Below, one piece after another: positions 49,337-61,750 of a stretch of DNA of 64,000 nt. This stretch comes from Malacoraja senta (lineage: Eukaryota). Location: assembly GCA_038087875.1 (NCBI GenBank), contig CM075981.1, positions 69,750,001 to 69,814,000 of the forward strand, written 5' to 3'. The translations under genes were made by a program, and so were the position numbers. Numbering within the stretch: position 1 is the stretch's first letter; every line of letters starts with the position of its first letter. The notes under the pieces are model-generated. The model worked only from the letters and a program-made list of their open reading frames with translations, searched no databases and was not told the origin of the DNA.

Positions 49337-51329
49337 CATGCAAAAATACATTGTAGCATTGCTCTGAAGTATTCCAAAGATGAAACCCTTTAATGTTATG
49401 AAATGCACAATTACAATCAATAAATTTAGAGCCACACAAAAATACAGCCAATCCTCTTAATAGTCATTTGGAAGAGATGCAAACCTGAGTAACAAAAGAA
49501 AGTTGGAGCATATCCCTTCATTTCTGATCCAAAATATTAACTTGCTCTCTCTGACGGTACTGTCTGATAATGTGAGGTTCAGGCTTTAAGGTTTATATTA
49601 TAACCTTTTGGTGGTTGAACCACTGCCCTTGGTTCTTAAAATGTATGCACACTTGCACCAGCTTCTTCTCTGATGGGGGGAGGGCCAGGAACAAGGGAAG
49701 GAGCATGACACTAATGTGTGATTGTCTAAAAAAAATCTTTAATTTTAAAATGGGCTGCCGACATTGACTGCCGGATAAAAATGAGCCAGAACAGGAGGTA
49801 AATGTCCAACCTATCTGCAAACGGAACCTGCAGTTATCCCTCTACCAAAAATACTAAGAAACAGATCTGCACACTAACTTGACTGCTGAAAGCTTGACTA
49901 CTTTCTCAATATATGCTGTGATAAATTTATCATACTCTTTGTATGCTGCACAGGGTACCACTCTTCCCTACAAATCGGGAGCCAAACCTAACTTACTCTT
50001 CCACCTATCAACACTCCTGCTACCACCTCAGTGCTAATTCTTTCTTAACAGAGCCTACAATTCTTCCTTTGCGGCTCCCCTCGTATCCAGAGAAGGGCAT
50101 AATGAGGTGTTTGTCATGGGATTGCCCAAATCTATTGTCTCCAACACTGGGCTTCACCATGCTGATCTAATTTCTGCCTAATCATGATAATCTTTCACTT
50201 CCTCACTTATCAAGTATTCTTCTACCTCCTTAGAAACATTCGGAGGCTGCATTCAGCTTTGACGAAACACATTTCCAAGCCTCACAACCACAGGACAAAA
50301 AATCACCTCAACTGAATTATATGAATTAAAAGAATTTCACGGTTTTGCACATGACAATAAAACACAATTGAACTATTGAAAATTAACTTGAAACTAGATT
50401 TTTCCACAAGTAGAAAGAATCTCCCCAAATCTACTCTGTTGGTCATTCAGTTCTCTTCACCTTTCATCCTACCAAACTCAGAGGACAAGAAAATTGTGCT
50501 GAACTTGTTGAATGGCAATGTAGGGCTGAAAGGGCCAAATATAATATGTACCCCTGTCCAACCTTTCTGCTCACAACAACCCTCCCATTCCAGGCATGCC
50601 AACTAAATCTTCTATGAACATTAAACTTCAAACACATCAACATCATTTGGTAAATAAGGAACATGCAACATTGCAGGCATTGTCTTGCCAATTCTCCAAA
50701 GAAATGAAGCACCTTTGCATAAAATTCACCTGACAATAGACAACAATATTGCTAGCTTGCCCCATCACTCTACATACCTACCATATACCTTATTTCTGCA
50801 AATCACTGCGAGAAAAAAATTCTCTGCAATCTCTTACAATTTATATTTCCTACCAAAGTAGATAACTTCACAGTTTTTATACATTATATTCCACTTGGCA
50901 GATCTTTGCCTGTTCAATTATCCTAATCCCATTGCAGCTACTTTATATCCTCTTCACAATTTACTTCCCTACCCATCCATTCTGGAAGCTACGGTTATAC
51001 TTTGTTCTGAATTCACGACCAAGCACTATATAAATGCAAGTTTAATTTCTTGCCTACATTGAAGATTTTGTAACATGATGTCCTGACCTTTGCAAATGAC
51101 AGACGTAGATATCAGTGGGGGCTGATATCTACTTCTCCAAGTCTAAAGCCTAATTCCCCAAGTCTAAATCCTGTTTTTAAGGAAAGGATTGCAGAAAATA
51201 AATGAGATTTTCTGGCTGGATTTAAGTATTTTAAACAGAAGTCCGGCCCCGGGGTGACTGCTCCCGCCCACCAGCCAACAGCATCTGAAGTCTGCCCAGG
51301 TCAGACGCAGCCTCCAACAGCCTTATTAC

Positions 51330-51515
51330 CTGAGCCGGGTGCGATGCGCCGGGTGCCTGCCTGCTAAAAGCATGGAAACAGTTTGCGCTGGCTACGGCCG
51401 GGAGCTGGAGCTGGAGCTGGAGCGGGAGCTGGGCCCGGAGACCCAACCCTGTCCTTGGCCCGCTCCAAGGTTGCGGCCACCGGCGCAGGCACCGAGAGAG
51501 CACACGCGCCGCCAT
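51330..51515 (-). CDS. NDUFAB1: NDUFAB1 exon 1, mitochondrial transit peptide (MAARVLSRCLRRWPQ...SHPAQ)
   Basis: AAGATGG Kozak; Arg-rich leader with no acidic residues; CAG|gtaata donor; full protein 162 aa. Confidence 0.9.
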
Positions 51516-51660
51516 CTTGCTGGGAATTCCAGCGTGCACCGCGGCGTGCATGCGCAAACCAGGCTGCGCTTCGGTGGCCCGCCACTGGCGGCGCAGCTGA
51601 GCTCAGCCGATCAGCGCAACCCCGCAGCCACAGGTTGTCTGTCCGCGGACCTCCTGTAGG
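51508..51660 (-). promoter_or_regulatory. NDUFAB1 CpG-island promoter with YY1 motif (CAAGATGGCGGC, 51508-51519, over the ATG) and NRF1-like site (51545-51556)
   Basis: Direct motif matches; NRF1 and YY1 are established regulators of nuclear-encoded OXPHOS genes. Confidence 0.7.
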
Positions 51661-51885
51661 TGAGTCCTTGCGGCAGGAGCACATTGCATTAGACCCCTCG
51701 AACCTACCCGCAGCCACAGATTGTCCATCGACCTGCAGGTGAGTCCATGGAGGAGAATAAACTGGATCAGGAGCACACATTGGACCCCTTCGCACCTACC
51801 CACAGCCGCAGGTTGTCCATGGACCTACAAGTGAGTCCATGGAGTAGGAATAAACTAAAGCAGGAGCACACATCAGACCTCTCGC
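51620..51885 (+). repeat. ~88-bp tandem repeat x3 upstream of NDUFAB1
   Basis: cagcc(a/g)cag(g/a)ttgtc...gacct...gtgagtcc...caggagcaca...gacc repeated at ~51625, ~51710, ~51803. Confidence 0.8.
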
Positions 51886-52261
51886 AATTACGCCTTTCAA
51901 CGTTCACGCCTAATCCTCTACCTCAGCATCATTTACTGGCTCTTTCTGTACATCGAACAGTTCGCCCATGAACATGGATAGGCACAGGAACAGACCCTTC
52001 AGCCCACAATGTCCGATGCCAATTTAAATGAATCTCCTGTTTGTATGTGATACATATTCCTCCATCCCTGCGTATCTATGTGCCTATTCAAAAGCTTCCT
52101 CAATGACACTATGGCATTTGCCTCCACCACCACCCCTGGCAGCATGTTCTTGGCTCCCATCACCCTCTGTGCAAAAATATGTTCGCGCATACCTCCTTGA
52201 AATTTCCCCCCTCATCTGGAAGCTGCCTTCTAGTCTTTGGAATTTCTACTCAGTGAGAAAG

Positions 52262-52935
52262 ACTTAGATAGAGTGGATGTGGAGAAGATGTTTCCACCAG
52301 TGGGAGAGTCTAGGACTTGAGGTCATAGCCAAAGAATTAAAGGACTTTTTTTAAGGAAGGAGATGAGGCATTTCTTTAGTCAGAGGGTGGTGAATCTGTG
52401 GAATTCTTTGCCACAGAAGGCTGTGGAGGCAAAGTCAGTGGATATATTTAAGGCAGAGATAGATAGATTCTTGATTAGTACGGGTGTCAGAGGTTATGGG
52501 GATAAGGCAGGAGAATAGGGGTTAGGAGGGAGAGATCGATGAGCCATGATTGAATGGCAGAGTAGACTTGATCGAGCGAGTTGGGCGAGTCCAGAACCAG
52601 GGGGCAGTCTTAGAATAAAGGGGAGGCCATTTAAGACTGAGGTGAGAAAAAACGTTTTTACCCAGAGAGTTGTGAATTTGTGGAATTCCCTGCCACAGAG
52701 GGCAGTGGAGGACAAATCACTAGATGGATTTAAGAGAGAGTTAGATAGAGCTCTAGGGGCTAGTGGAATCAAGGGATATGGGGAGAAGGCAGGCACGGCT
52801 TATTGATTGGGGACGATCAGCCATGATCGCAATGAATGGCGGTGCTGGCTCGAAGGGCCGAATGGCCTCCTCCTGCACCTATTTTCTATGTTTCTATGAT
52901 GGGCCAAATGGCCTAATTCTACTCCTATCACTTAT
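52262..52935 (+). mobile_element. Nested CR1 LINE 3' ends
   Basis: Two successive copies of QRVVNLWNSLPQ.AVE and the CR1 3'UTR. Confidence 0.85.
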
Positions 52936-53099
52936 GATCTCATTAGATACTGTGTAAGTTGTGATATAAATCTGAAGTCTCGACCCAAAATGTCACCTAT
53001 TCCTTTTCTCCAGAGATGCTGTCTGACCCGCTGTTACTCCAGCTTTTTGTGTCTATCTTTGATAATCAACACATTGCTTTTTTGTCAGGAGCTAATTGC

Positions 53100-54367
53100 T
53101 ACATTTAGTTTCACCATGTAGAAATTACAGCTGTATTTATACATAGTACCCCCCCCCCCCCAAACAAATTTCAGGGCACCATAATGTTTGGGACACATGG
53201 CTTCACGGGTGTCTGTAATTGCTCAGGTGTGTTTAATAGCCTCCTTAATGCAGGTATAAGAGAGCGCTCAGCACTTAGTCTTTCCTCCAGTCTTTCCATC
53301 ACCTTTGGAAACTTTTATTGCTGTTTATCAACATGAGGACCAAATGTGTGCCAATGAAAGTCAAAGAAGCCATTATGACTGAGAAACAAGAATAAAACTC
53401 TTAAGAGACATCAGCCAAACCATAGGCTTACCAAAATCAACCGAGTGAGACCACACCTGGAGTATTGTGTGCAGTTTTGGTCCCCTAATTTGAAGGACAT
53501 TCTTGCTATTGAGGGAGGTGCAGTGTAGGTTGACAAGGTTAATTCCCAGGATGGCGGGACTGTCATATGCTGAGAGAATGGAGCGGCTGGGCTTGTACAC
53601 TCTGGAGTTTAGAAGGATGAGAGGGGATCTTATTGAAACATACAAGATTGTTACGGGTTTGGACACGCTAGATGCAGGAAACATGTTCCCGATGTTGGGG
53701 GAGTCCAGAACCAGGGTCCACAGTTTAGGAATAAGGGGTAAGCCATTTAGAACGGAGACGAGGAAACACTTTTTCTCGCAGAGAGTTGTGAGTCTGTGGA
53801 ATTCTCTGCCTCAGAGGGCGGTGGAGGCCGGTTCTCTGGATACTTACAAGAGAGAGATAGATTGGGCTCAGGGGATATGGGGAGAAGGCAGGAACGGGGT
53901 ACTGATTGGGGATGATCAGCCATGATCACATTGAATGGCGGTGCTGGCTCGAAGGGCCTACTCCTGCACCTATTGTCTATTGTTTGAAACATCATTAAGA
54001 AGAAAGAGAGCACTTAATCGCAAAGGGACTGGCAGGCCAAGGAAGACCTCCACAGCTGATGACAGAAGAATTCTCTCTATAACAAAGAAAAATCCCCAAA
54101 CACCTGTCCGACAGATCTGAAACACTCTTCAGGAGTCAGGTGTGGATTTGTCAATGACCACTGTCTGCAGACTTCATGAACAGAAATTAGAGGCTACACT
54201 GCAAGATGCAAACCACTGTAATTTCTACATGGTGAAATGGCTTTTATTAAAATCTGACAATGTGCACTTTAACCACATGTGATTGTTTCTATTATAAATC
54301 TCAAATTGTGTACAGAGGCAAATAAATAAATAATGGGTCTTTGTCCCAAACATTATGGAGGGCTCTG
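53100..54367 (+). mobile_element. Deleted Tc1 copy of the same family, interrupted by a CR1 insertion
   Basis: Colinear with 47845-48390 plus the right TIR ending ggagggctctg|TA; split at 53441/53981. Confidence 0.9.
53442..53980 (+). mobile_element. CR1 LINE 3' fragment inserted into Tc1
   Basis: VRPHLEYCVQFWSP...LEFRRMRGDLIETYKI; tail cctattgtctat. Confidence 0.9.
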
Positions 54368-54553
54368 TATATCTGAAAATGTGAGGGTAACTTTGACAAC
54401 TGTATCAAAGAAAACCCAGAGGATAAAGAGAAGTTAGCCAGAAGATTAGGTCAAAATGTACTGATTAGTGCTGGAAGAGCGGTTCTGGACAATGGCACAT
54501 TGTGCCAGGGTGAGAGCTCTGCTGCATGGTTTTGCTGCATTTGATTGGTCAGT

Positions 54554-54786
54554 TTTTTACTTTAGACTTTAGAGATACAGCACAGAAACAGGCCCTTTAA
54601 CCCACCATGTCCATGACAATCAGCAATCCCCGCACTCCTACACACTCGGGACAATTTACAATTTTAACGAAACCAATTAACCTACAAACCTGTACATCTT
54701 TGGAGCGTTGTAGGACACGGAGAAACCCCAGGATTGAACCTGGGTCTCTGGCGCTGCATAGCAACAACTCTGCCACTGTGCTGCCC
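54554..54786 (-). mobile_element. V-SINE (HE1-like), internally deleted
   Basis: Same head and tail motifs on the minus strand. Confidence 0.72.
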
Positions 54787-55876
54787 TCGATTAGGGTTTT
54801 GATCAGGTTCTTCAACAGATCTGCACAACCCTAATCCTACCTCAGCAACAGAACGTAATGGAGCACCCCTTATGCAACCATGAATTGCATTTCTCATTTT
54901 GTCTTGTTTTTGCAATCTTTTTCCTCACACTGTCTTGTAATGTTTTATGTGTTGTATAAAATATTTTGTGTGTTGTGAGTCTATGGGCTTGTGATGCTGC
55001 TGCACACATGATTTTAACCTCAACGTACTTGTGTATATGACAATAGACTCAATTTGGCATGATGCTTCTTACGCATGTTATGTATATATACATTGAATAG
55101 GAGAGCTTGATTAATTGATTTTATTTATTGAAGACAGATTTGTGACATTATAATCCTCTTTCATTTGTCTTTTTAAACAAGTACAATCATTCCATTTTTG
55201 GAAACTTTTCGAAGTTCCCCCTTAATAGGGAAAGGCAACAACCCAACTACCAAATGGAAGTAAATTTGAAGCTGTGTAGGAAAGGACTGCAGATGCTGGT
55301 TTAAATCAAAGCTAGACACAAAATGCTGGAGGAATGGGTGGCGTTTCAAGTTGAGACCCTTCTTCAGTCTCCCATTCCTTCTCTCCAGAGATGCTGCTTG
55401 TCTCACAGTTACTCCAGCATTTTGTGTCTAAATTTGATGCTGGCTCTACAGTTAGCGGATGTGAATACAACTCAGATTTTCCAACGTTACATTAGTGGTT
55501 GTTTCAACCGAGTGTACAGAGGAAAATATAATCTGCTCGTTTATCATGATACACAGTGATCAAGGAATGCCCTTCAAGTACATTAGGAAAGGAACTGTAA
55601 AGTCCTATCACCACAGTTAAAAGCAAAATAAATCTGCAATTATTTGAATATATTAAATGAATATTTTACCGAAATAGTCCATAGTAACTTATAATATATC
55701 CCTGCAATTAAAAAAAGCACTGTGCAGTGGCTCAGTAAATCATTGTGCACAAGAATTGTACACTTTGCTCACATTGAAGTCTTTGGTGGTTTTCATCCCA
55801 AAAAGAGGTGAACAGGTTTCACGAACCAAGGTACTGCAAGTTTATCCTGCATAATCTTGACACAGCAATAGTATAT

Positions 55877-56102
55877 TCATACTGTTCTGGCTCCTAAGCA
55901 TTTGTATATATACACAGTGCTATCGTTCTTTCTGGCTAGAAGACATGAGTCCTCGTCAGCCCAGTAAAATAGTGACCAGTCCCCACTAGAGTCATGCTGG
56001 AGCATGGTTGAGATTTGGCCAGACAGTAGATTCCAAAGTACCATGGTTCCGGGAGTTACAATTGCTGCAATGGACTGTCCCTTCACACCTCCGTCAATGT
56101 AC
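55877..56102 (-). CDS. PALB2: PALB2 last coding exon (YIDGGVKGQSIAAIVTPGTMVLWNLLSGQ...WSLFYWADEDSCLLARKNDSTVYIYKCLGARTV*)
   Basis: aatcag|G acceptor; aligns by eye with the human PALB2 C-terminal WD40 blade; adjacent to NDUFAB1 as in human. Confidence 0.92.
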
Positions 56103-56549
56103 CTGATTAAAGAAATACAGTCAATGTTAAAATGAGAAAAACAAATGTGTTATTACCCTAATTAAAAGGAAGAGCACATCCAACTAACCTGATTCACAGA
56201 ATGATTAGTGTGGAAGGAGGCCTTTGTGCCCCAAACAACTCTGTATAAAAACAATCCAGGTGCTCCCACTCCCTGCTTTCCTTTATTTCAGATAGCAATC
56301 CAGGCTAATTTTGACTATTGAATCTGCCTCCACTATTAACACCGTAATATATTCCACGCCCAAACCATTTGTTGCATAGGTTTTTCCTCGTGTCAATTAT
56401 GGTTCTGTCAATCACCTTATTTCTATGTTCTTCTTTTGCCTAACTCTTGACAAGAACATGGTATATGGAATATAATGCGAGAGCTTTGAAAGTATTGAAA
56501 TCCAGAGGAAGCTAGGCATTCTTATAAATAAATATTTGGTACAACAAAC

Positions 56550-57245
56550 AATTAGACAATAGGCAATAGACAATAAGTGCAGGAGTAGGCCATTCGGCCC
56601 TTCGAGCCAGCACTGCCATTCAATGTGATCATGGCTGATCATCCAGTCAGTGGATGTGGAAAAGCGAATGGTATACTGCGAATTAGAAAAGCGAATGGTA
56701 TATTGGCCTTTATTGCAGGAGGATTAGAGGACAAAATGTGAGACAACACATTGCTCTACTAATATAGGACTTTGGTAAGAAAACACCTACAGATCTAGAT
56801 CTCCCTACCAAAGGCAGAGCATACTTGCAATTGAGGGAGCATTGCAAAATTCACAACCTGACTCCTGGGATAGTAGGTTTGCCAGTAGGAGGTGAGATTT
56901 GGGCTGATACTTTCTTGAGTGCAGAAGAATGGGTTGAACACACAAGATTTTTACAGGGCTTGACTGAGTAAATGTGGTTGAAGTTTCCTCTAGCTAGAAT
57001 GTCAAGAACAAGAAGTCACAATCTTATAAGGGATTGGCCATTCAAGACAGAGAGAGAAATGTCTTCCTGCAGAGCGTACTTAAGAGGGCCATGAAGGCTC
57101 AGTCTCTGAATATTTATAGATAGATTTTTTGTGAATCAATGGGTTAAGGGGTTAGTACAGGCAAATGTCACTGGTAAAAGATCAGCCATTATGTGACTGA
57201 ATTACATATCTGCTAAATGGTTTAGTTATGTTTCTTATGTACTTG
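56550..57245. mobile_element. CR1 fragments in the last PALB2 intron (short minus-strand 3' tail plus older plus-strand piece)
   Basis: CR1 3'UTR (ggccattcggcccttcgagccagcac) and degraded KANGILAFI..G remnant. Confidence 0.65.
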
Positions 57246-57722
57246 GGCAAGGGCACAGAGACCGCACAAAAGTGCAGGCACGCCTTTCACATGAAAACAA
57301 ATTAGGGTGGTTGAATTCATACCATCAATTTCCTGCTGGGTGGATCCAGTTAAAGTGGTGCCCAGGCACCTTTGATTAATGTAAATGCAACATTTCATTC
57401 ATGTTAGAACCTTGTTTATTAGGATACATAAACCTCTCCATGAGCCGGCCAACACTGAAGAAAATTATGACTCCATTTTCCATTTTCCCTGACAGGAAAG
57501 CTAATCTCTTACCCTACTACAAATCGATGCAATTAATAGGACAATACAATTTACAGGGAAACTTTCTCAGCAAAAGCTTGAATGTACAGATTTAGCAGGG
57601 AAAGCCCAATTAGATATTATGCCTGAGAGTGGCCAATCTAAACATAGTCCAGTAACATACTGAGTATCAAAGGGCATTTTTATACAGGAAGGTACTGATC
57701 AGGTAATACAAGTGGACCTTAC

Positions 57723-57880
57723 CTCCCACTGCATTCCACAGGGATTGTATACGACATGATGGGTCTACTTTTCCCATTCATGGGATTAACAGCCACCATT
57801 CTCAAAACACAGACCTGCTCTCCAACTAATCCTTCACAGGTGCCAATGTACCGACGACTGAGAATAATGAACAATATTCC
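57723..57880 (-). CDS. PALB2: PALB2 exon (GILFIILSRRY...MVAVNPMNGKSRPIMSYTIPVECSGR)
   Basis: 158 nt, phase 0-2, AG|gtaagg donor; corresponds to human GLLFIVLS...VINPKT. Confidence 0.9.
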
Positions 57881-58872
57881 CTACATGCCAGAAATAAAAC
57901 AATTATTACTAAATATTTATTCCAGTCCGTTTTAACTTTGTAGATTTTACTGATAATTTAGGTGCTGCATTCAAGATTTAATTTATTTTTTCAGCAGCTT
58001 TTCTATTTACTAGCAAGCAACTCTCCAGTATACAATATATACAGACCGTGTGAAATATATAAACTGGTGATATTGGACATAATCATGACAGATATGTAAT
58101 GGCAGGGATAAAATGAAACTGCAAGTGTTAAAAGTCTTTACTTTGGGGAGTGATGGTTTGGAGAAAGAAAGACGTGCATATTCTACCTATCAATTCTTGG
58201 TCAAAATACTGTTTGTCACTATTTCTAACCTAGCTGACGCTAATCCTGCTCTAAAATCCCAGAACTTGTAGTTTCAATTGCAAGTTATTTAATCAAGAGG
58301 CCAAGCAGGCAGTAGGTCCAGAGATTGTACAGCATCAAACAAGGCGAATCAAATTAAATGTCACTGGGCCACAGTTAAATTGTACCACTGGGTTTTGAAA
58401 TGAATTATCAGAAGCAAATATTTCATTTTTATTTTGGAATATTAACTTTTTAGTGGCAATCTTTTACTCTCAAATCATCAGGGTCTTGAATGAAAATGAT
58501 CTCTACTTCCTGCTCTCAGTCAGCCCTGAGTTAATTAAATGTGAGGAAAGTTTGCCTCCAATACATAGCCATTTCCTTCCCACATAGCACTTCTATTTAC
58601 TGTACTCAACGTTAGCAATTCTGCATATAGTCTGAAGCTCATATTAATACGCCATACACTATAAATACAGTCCAAATGCCACACTAACAAGGAATCACTA
58701 AATCTATTTTAGTTAAGATCCTTTCAACTATTACTAATTTTCTTCTTTCAGTTTAAAATGGGTCCCTCCCTGACAAAAGGCTCACAGAAAACAGAGTTTT
58801 GGATTATTATACAGGATTTTCTAGTTCTTAGTCTCCACCACCATAAAACAATAATTTCTCGCTGCGTCTTAC

Positions 58873-58960
58873 CGACTGGGAATAGGCCTTCTGGCAGACA
58901 GTGCCAGGGTAGCTTTCACTTAAATGGATCCTCTTGAGGAGGTGCCCAGTCTTCATGTTC
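58873..58960 (-). CDS. PALB2: PALB2 exon (NMKTGHLLKRIHLSESYPGTVCQKAYSQS)
   Basis: 88 nt, phase 2-0; corresponds to human WNLKTGQLLKKMH...VCHKAYSE. Confidence 0.93.
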
Positions 58961-59678
58961 CTAGGAGATAAACAATAAATTAAATTAGATCAAATGGTCA
59001 AGTGAGCACCATAGGCCATGTACAGGTAAACATGAAAAGATGAAAGACCTGTACTTTTATGATGCCTAAAGGAGCTCAGAAGCCATTGAAAACGCCTTTG
59101 AAGCACAATCCCTGATGTAGGTGTGGGAAATATTACACCCAATTATCACACAGTAAGGTTTTACAAATAATAATCTAATAATCAGATAAAGTGTTTTTTA
59201 AAGTGATGTTTCAATGATGCTGATTGAGGGATAAGTATTCGTCTCTGGCCACTAATTACAACTCACCCACTCCTCTTCCGTAGGATCTTATAAGTACATG
59301 GAAGTGAGACAAGGCTTTGGTTTGAAAGAGAAACTCCTTACATTGCAGGACACTCCCAGCATTGAACTGCAATATTAACTCAGGTTTGCTATCTCAGTTG
59401 GCTGAAATAGATTTCAGCTGTCTGACTCATAGGCCAGCATGCTACCAGTTGAACTATGGTATTGGCATATTATTGCCTTGTGGACCAAGATGCAATGAAA
59501 AAATTGTTTTGCGTGCTAACCAAGCAAATAATACCAGTCACGAGTACAATCTAACCATGCACAAGTAAAGCAGGTTGTGCAAAGAGAGGAAGGAAACAGA
59601 CCTACAGAATACATTGTTACAGCTACAGAGAAATTGTGATATTGTTATTAAAGAAACAAATGGGAATAAAGTTCTCAC

Positions 59679-59795
59679 CAAATGATGATGTTGCTCATTA
59701 TAGTCGATCCGATCAAAGCTTCTATTTGCCCTTCAACTTCGCTGAAAGCCAAAACGATCTCATTGGGAGGAACAAGTTGCATAGATTGCTCACTC
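59679..59795 (-). CDS. PALB2: PALB2 exon (SEQSMQLVPPNEIVLAFSEVEGQIEALIGSTIMSNIIIW)
   Basis: 117 nt, phase 2-2, TG|gtgaga donor; corresponds to human LMPPEETILTFAEVQG..EALLGTTIMNNIVIW. Confidence 0.93.
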
Positions 59796-60406
59796 CTAAC
59801 CAAAAAATTCAGTCAGTAAATCCACCCAACATCCAAATTAGTACAACAATATTTTCACTTCTCTTATTCTGAAGCTTCATCCCGCTCTCTGTGAACTCAC
59901 TAGTTCTTTGTGTTATGGCTCAGGAGAGATTTTTGTGGGCATGCCAGATTTGGGAACTGAAAATCCCATTTAAGCCACGAGTCATGACGATGGCTTTTTG
60001 TAGTCTATTTTATGAATTTGTGACAATACTTGCAAGTCCATCATTATACGTCAACGTTATCATAATCAAGGTCAGCATTATCTTGTGACATCTTTAACAC
60101 AAAGAGTTGGATAAAAACAATATTTTGTTGGTTATATCTAACCTGCTTGGAATTACAGAGCAAAATCATGTTAATAGCCATGTTATTTGACTGGCCTTCC
60201 ATGCCTCCTTGCTGTCTAAATCTGAGCTGAAAGTTTATAGTAGTTTCTCTTCATTGTTGCTTCATCTATCTCTCTTGAACCCTCCAAACTCCAACACCAT
60301 TTTAATACTCAGTCCATATAGTATCTCGCGTGGTCTGCTAACTGAGAAACTGCTGACCAAAGTAAAACAATAAAGAGAAAGCAAATAATACATATAAAAT
60401 TCTGAC

Positions 60407-60565
60407 CTTCCTTCTTTGGAGAGGGTGTTCATTTCTATGCTTTGAGTCTGGAGCGTGCCACAAGAGCAGACTAGTTTCCATCCAGGCAGCCCCAACACGG
60501 CATTTATATCTCCTGTCTGCAGCAGAGTATGTTCCAAGCAGCCTTGCTCTGTAGAGCGTAATACC
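60407..60565 (-). CDS. PALB2: PALB2 exon (VLRSTEQGCLEHTLLQTGDINAVLGLPGWKLVCSCGTLQTQSIEMNTLSKEGR); upstream exons not found in the window
   Basis: 159 nt, phase 2-2; corresponds to human LLKSGNIKAVLGL..RLVSSSGTL. Confidence 0.9.
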
Positions 60566-60879
60566 CTGATAAGAAGCAGGGGGGAAAAAACATCTTTATC
60601 ACAAAGGAGAGGAACCTGCTTTCATCTGAACGATTATTGTACAATTCCCTTGTATCCATTATTAGAATTAGAGTGGCATTCTTTAAAAGTAATAGTTTTC
60701 TCCCTGCATGAGGTAGAGCTCCCTCTAAGCTAAAACACTACTGACAAATACAGTATGGGCTGAAGTAACTCAGCACATCACTTATCCATGTTCCCCAAAT
60801 TTGCTGCCTGATCTTTTGAGTTATTCCAGCATTTTAGTTATTTCGTCAAATGTCCTTGGAAAAGGGTTCTGGACTTTAT

Positions 60880-61750
60880 TAGACAAAATTGTATTCCTGG
60901 GGAACAGATCTGGCAAATATGGGAAAATGCAAATCTATTAATTTTGCAGGAAAAATAAGATATTTTATCAATATATCAAGAGTTTGCAGAGCCCTGAGAT
61001 GCAGAGGTACCTGAATGTCCCAGTGCACATTTCACAAAAGGATAGCAAATAATTGGAAAAACTGACAGAATATTATTGTTTATTACTAGGATAATCAGAT
61101 ATAAAAGTAGGGAGATTATGCTCCTGTTATATAAGGAACTGATGAAAAACATTTGGAGTGCACTATATTGATCTTTGTATTCAAGTAAGAATGTTAATAT
61201 GTTGGATGCTGTTGGAACTGACTAAATTAATTGGTGACGTCACCTATTCCTTTTCTCCAGAGATGACCCACTGAGTTACTCCAGCCTTTTGTGTCTATCT
61301 TCGGTTTAAACCAGCATCCACAGTTCCTTCCTACACATGATTAAATTAATTCCTGGATTGGGTGGATTGACTGATGATGAAAGATTGGACAGGCTAAATT
61401 TGTATCTACTGGAGTTTAGAGGGGTGAGAGGAGATTTAAGCAAAACATTAAATTCTGACGGGTGTTGACATGGTGAATCCAGGGAGTACATTTCCTATTA
61501 AGGGTGGTTAGAACCAGGGAACGCCTATTTAAGACACAGGTGGAAGCAGAACTTTTAATATTTTCAAGACAGCAATAGATGGATTCTTTATAAGAAAGGA
61601 GGTAAAAAGTTACTGCAGGTAGATGGGAATAATGACCCGAGATTATAATAAAATCAACCAGCTGAGCTGAGATTACATTCAGATAACAGCCATTATATTA
61701 ATAAATGGAGGACGTATGAATAGCCTATTCCTGCTCCTTGTTCGAGTGAA
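60880..61750 (+). mobile_element. Degraded CR1 LINE with an inserted Penelope-terminus fragment (~61233-61337)
   Basis: LDRLNLYLLEFRGVRGDL remnant; ggtgacgtcacc junction. Confidence 0.6.

Noticed and set aside
51339-51795. ORFs across the NDUFAB1 promoter (GAGAGA, PAPAPA, ELELEL)
   Set aside because: GC-rich CpG island plus a (CTCCAG)n hexamer within the transit peptide; not independent genes
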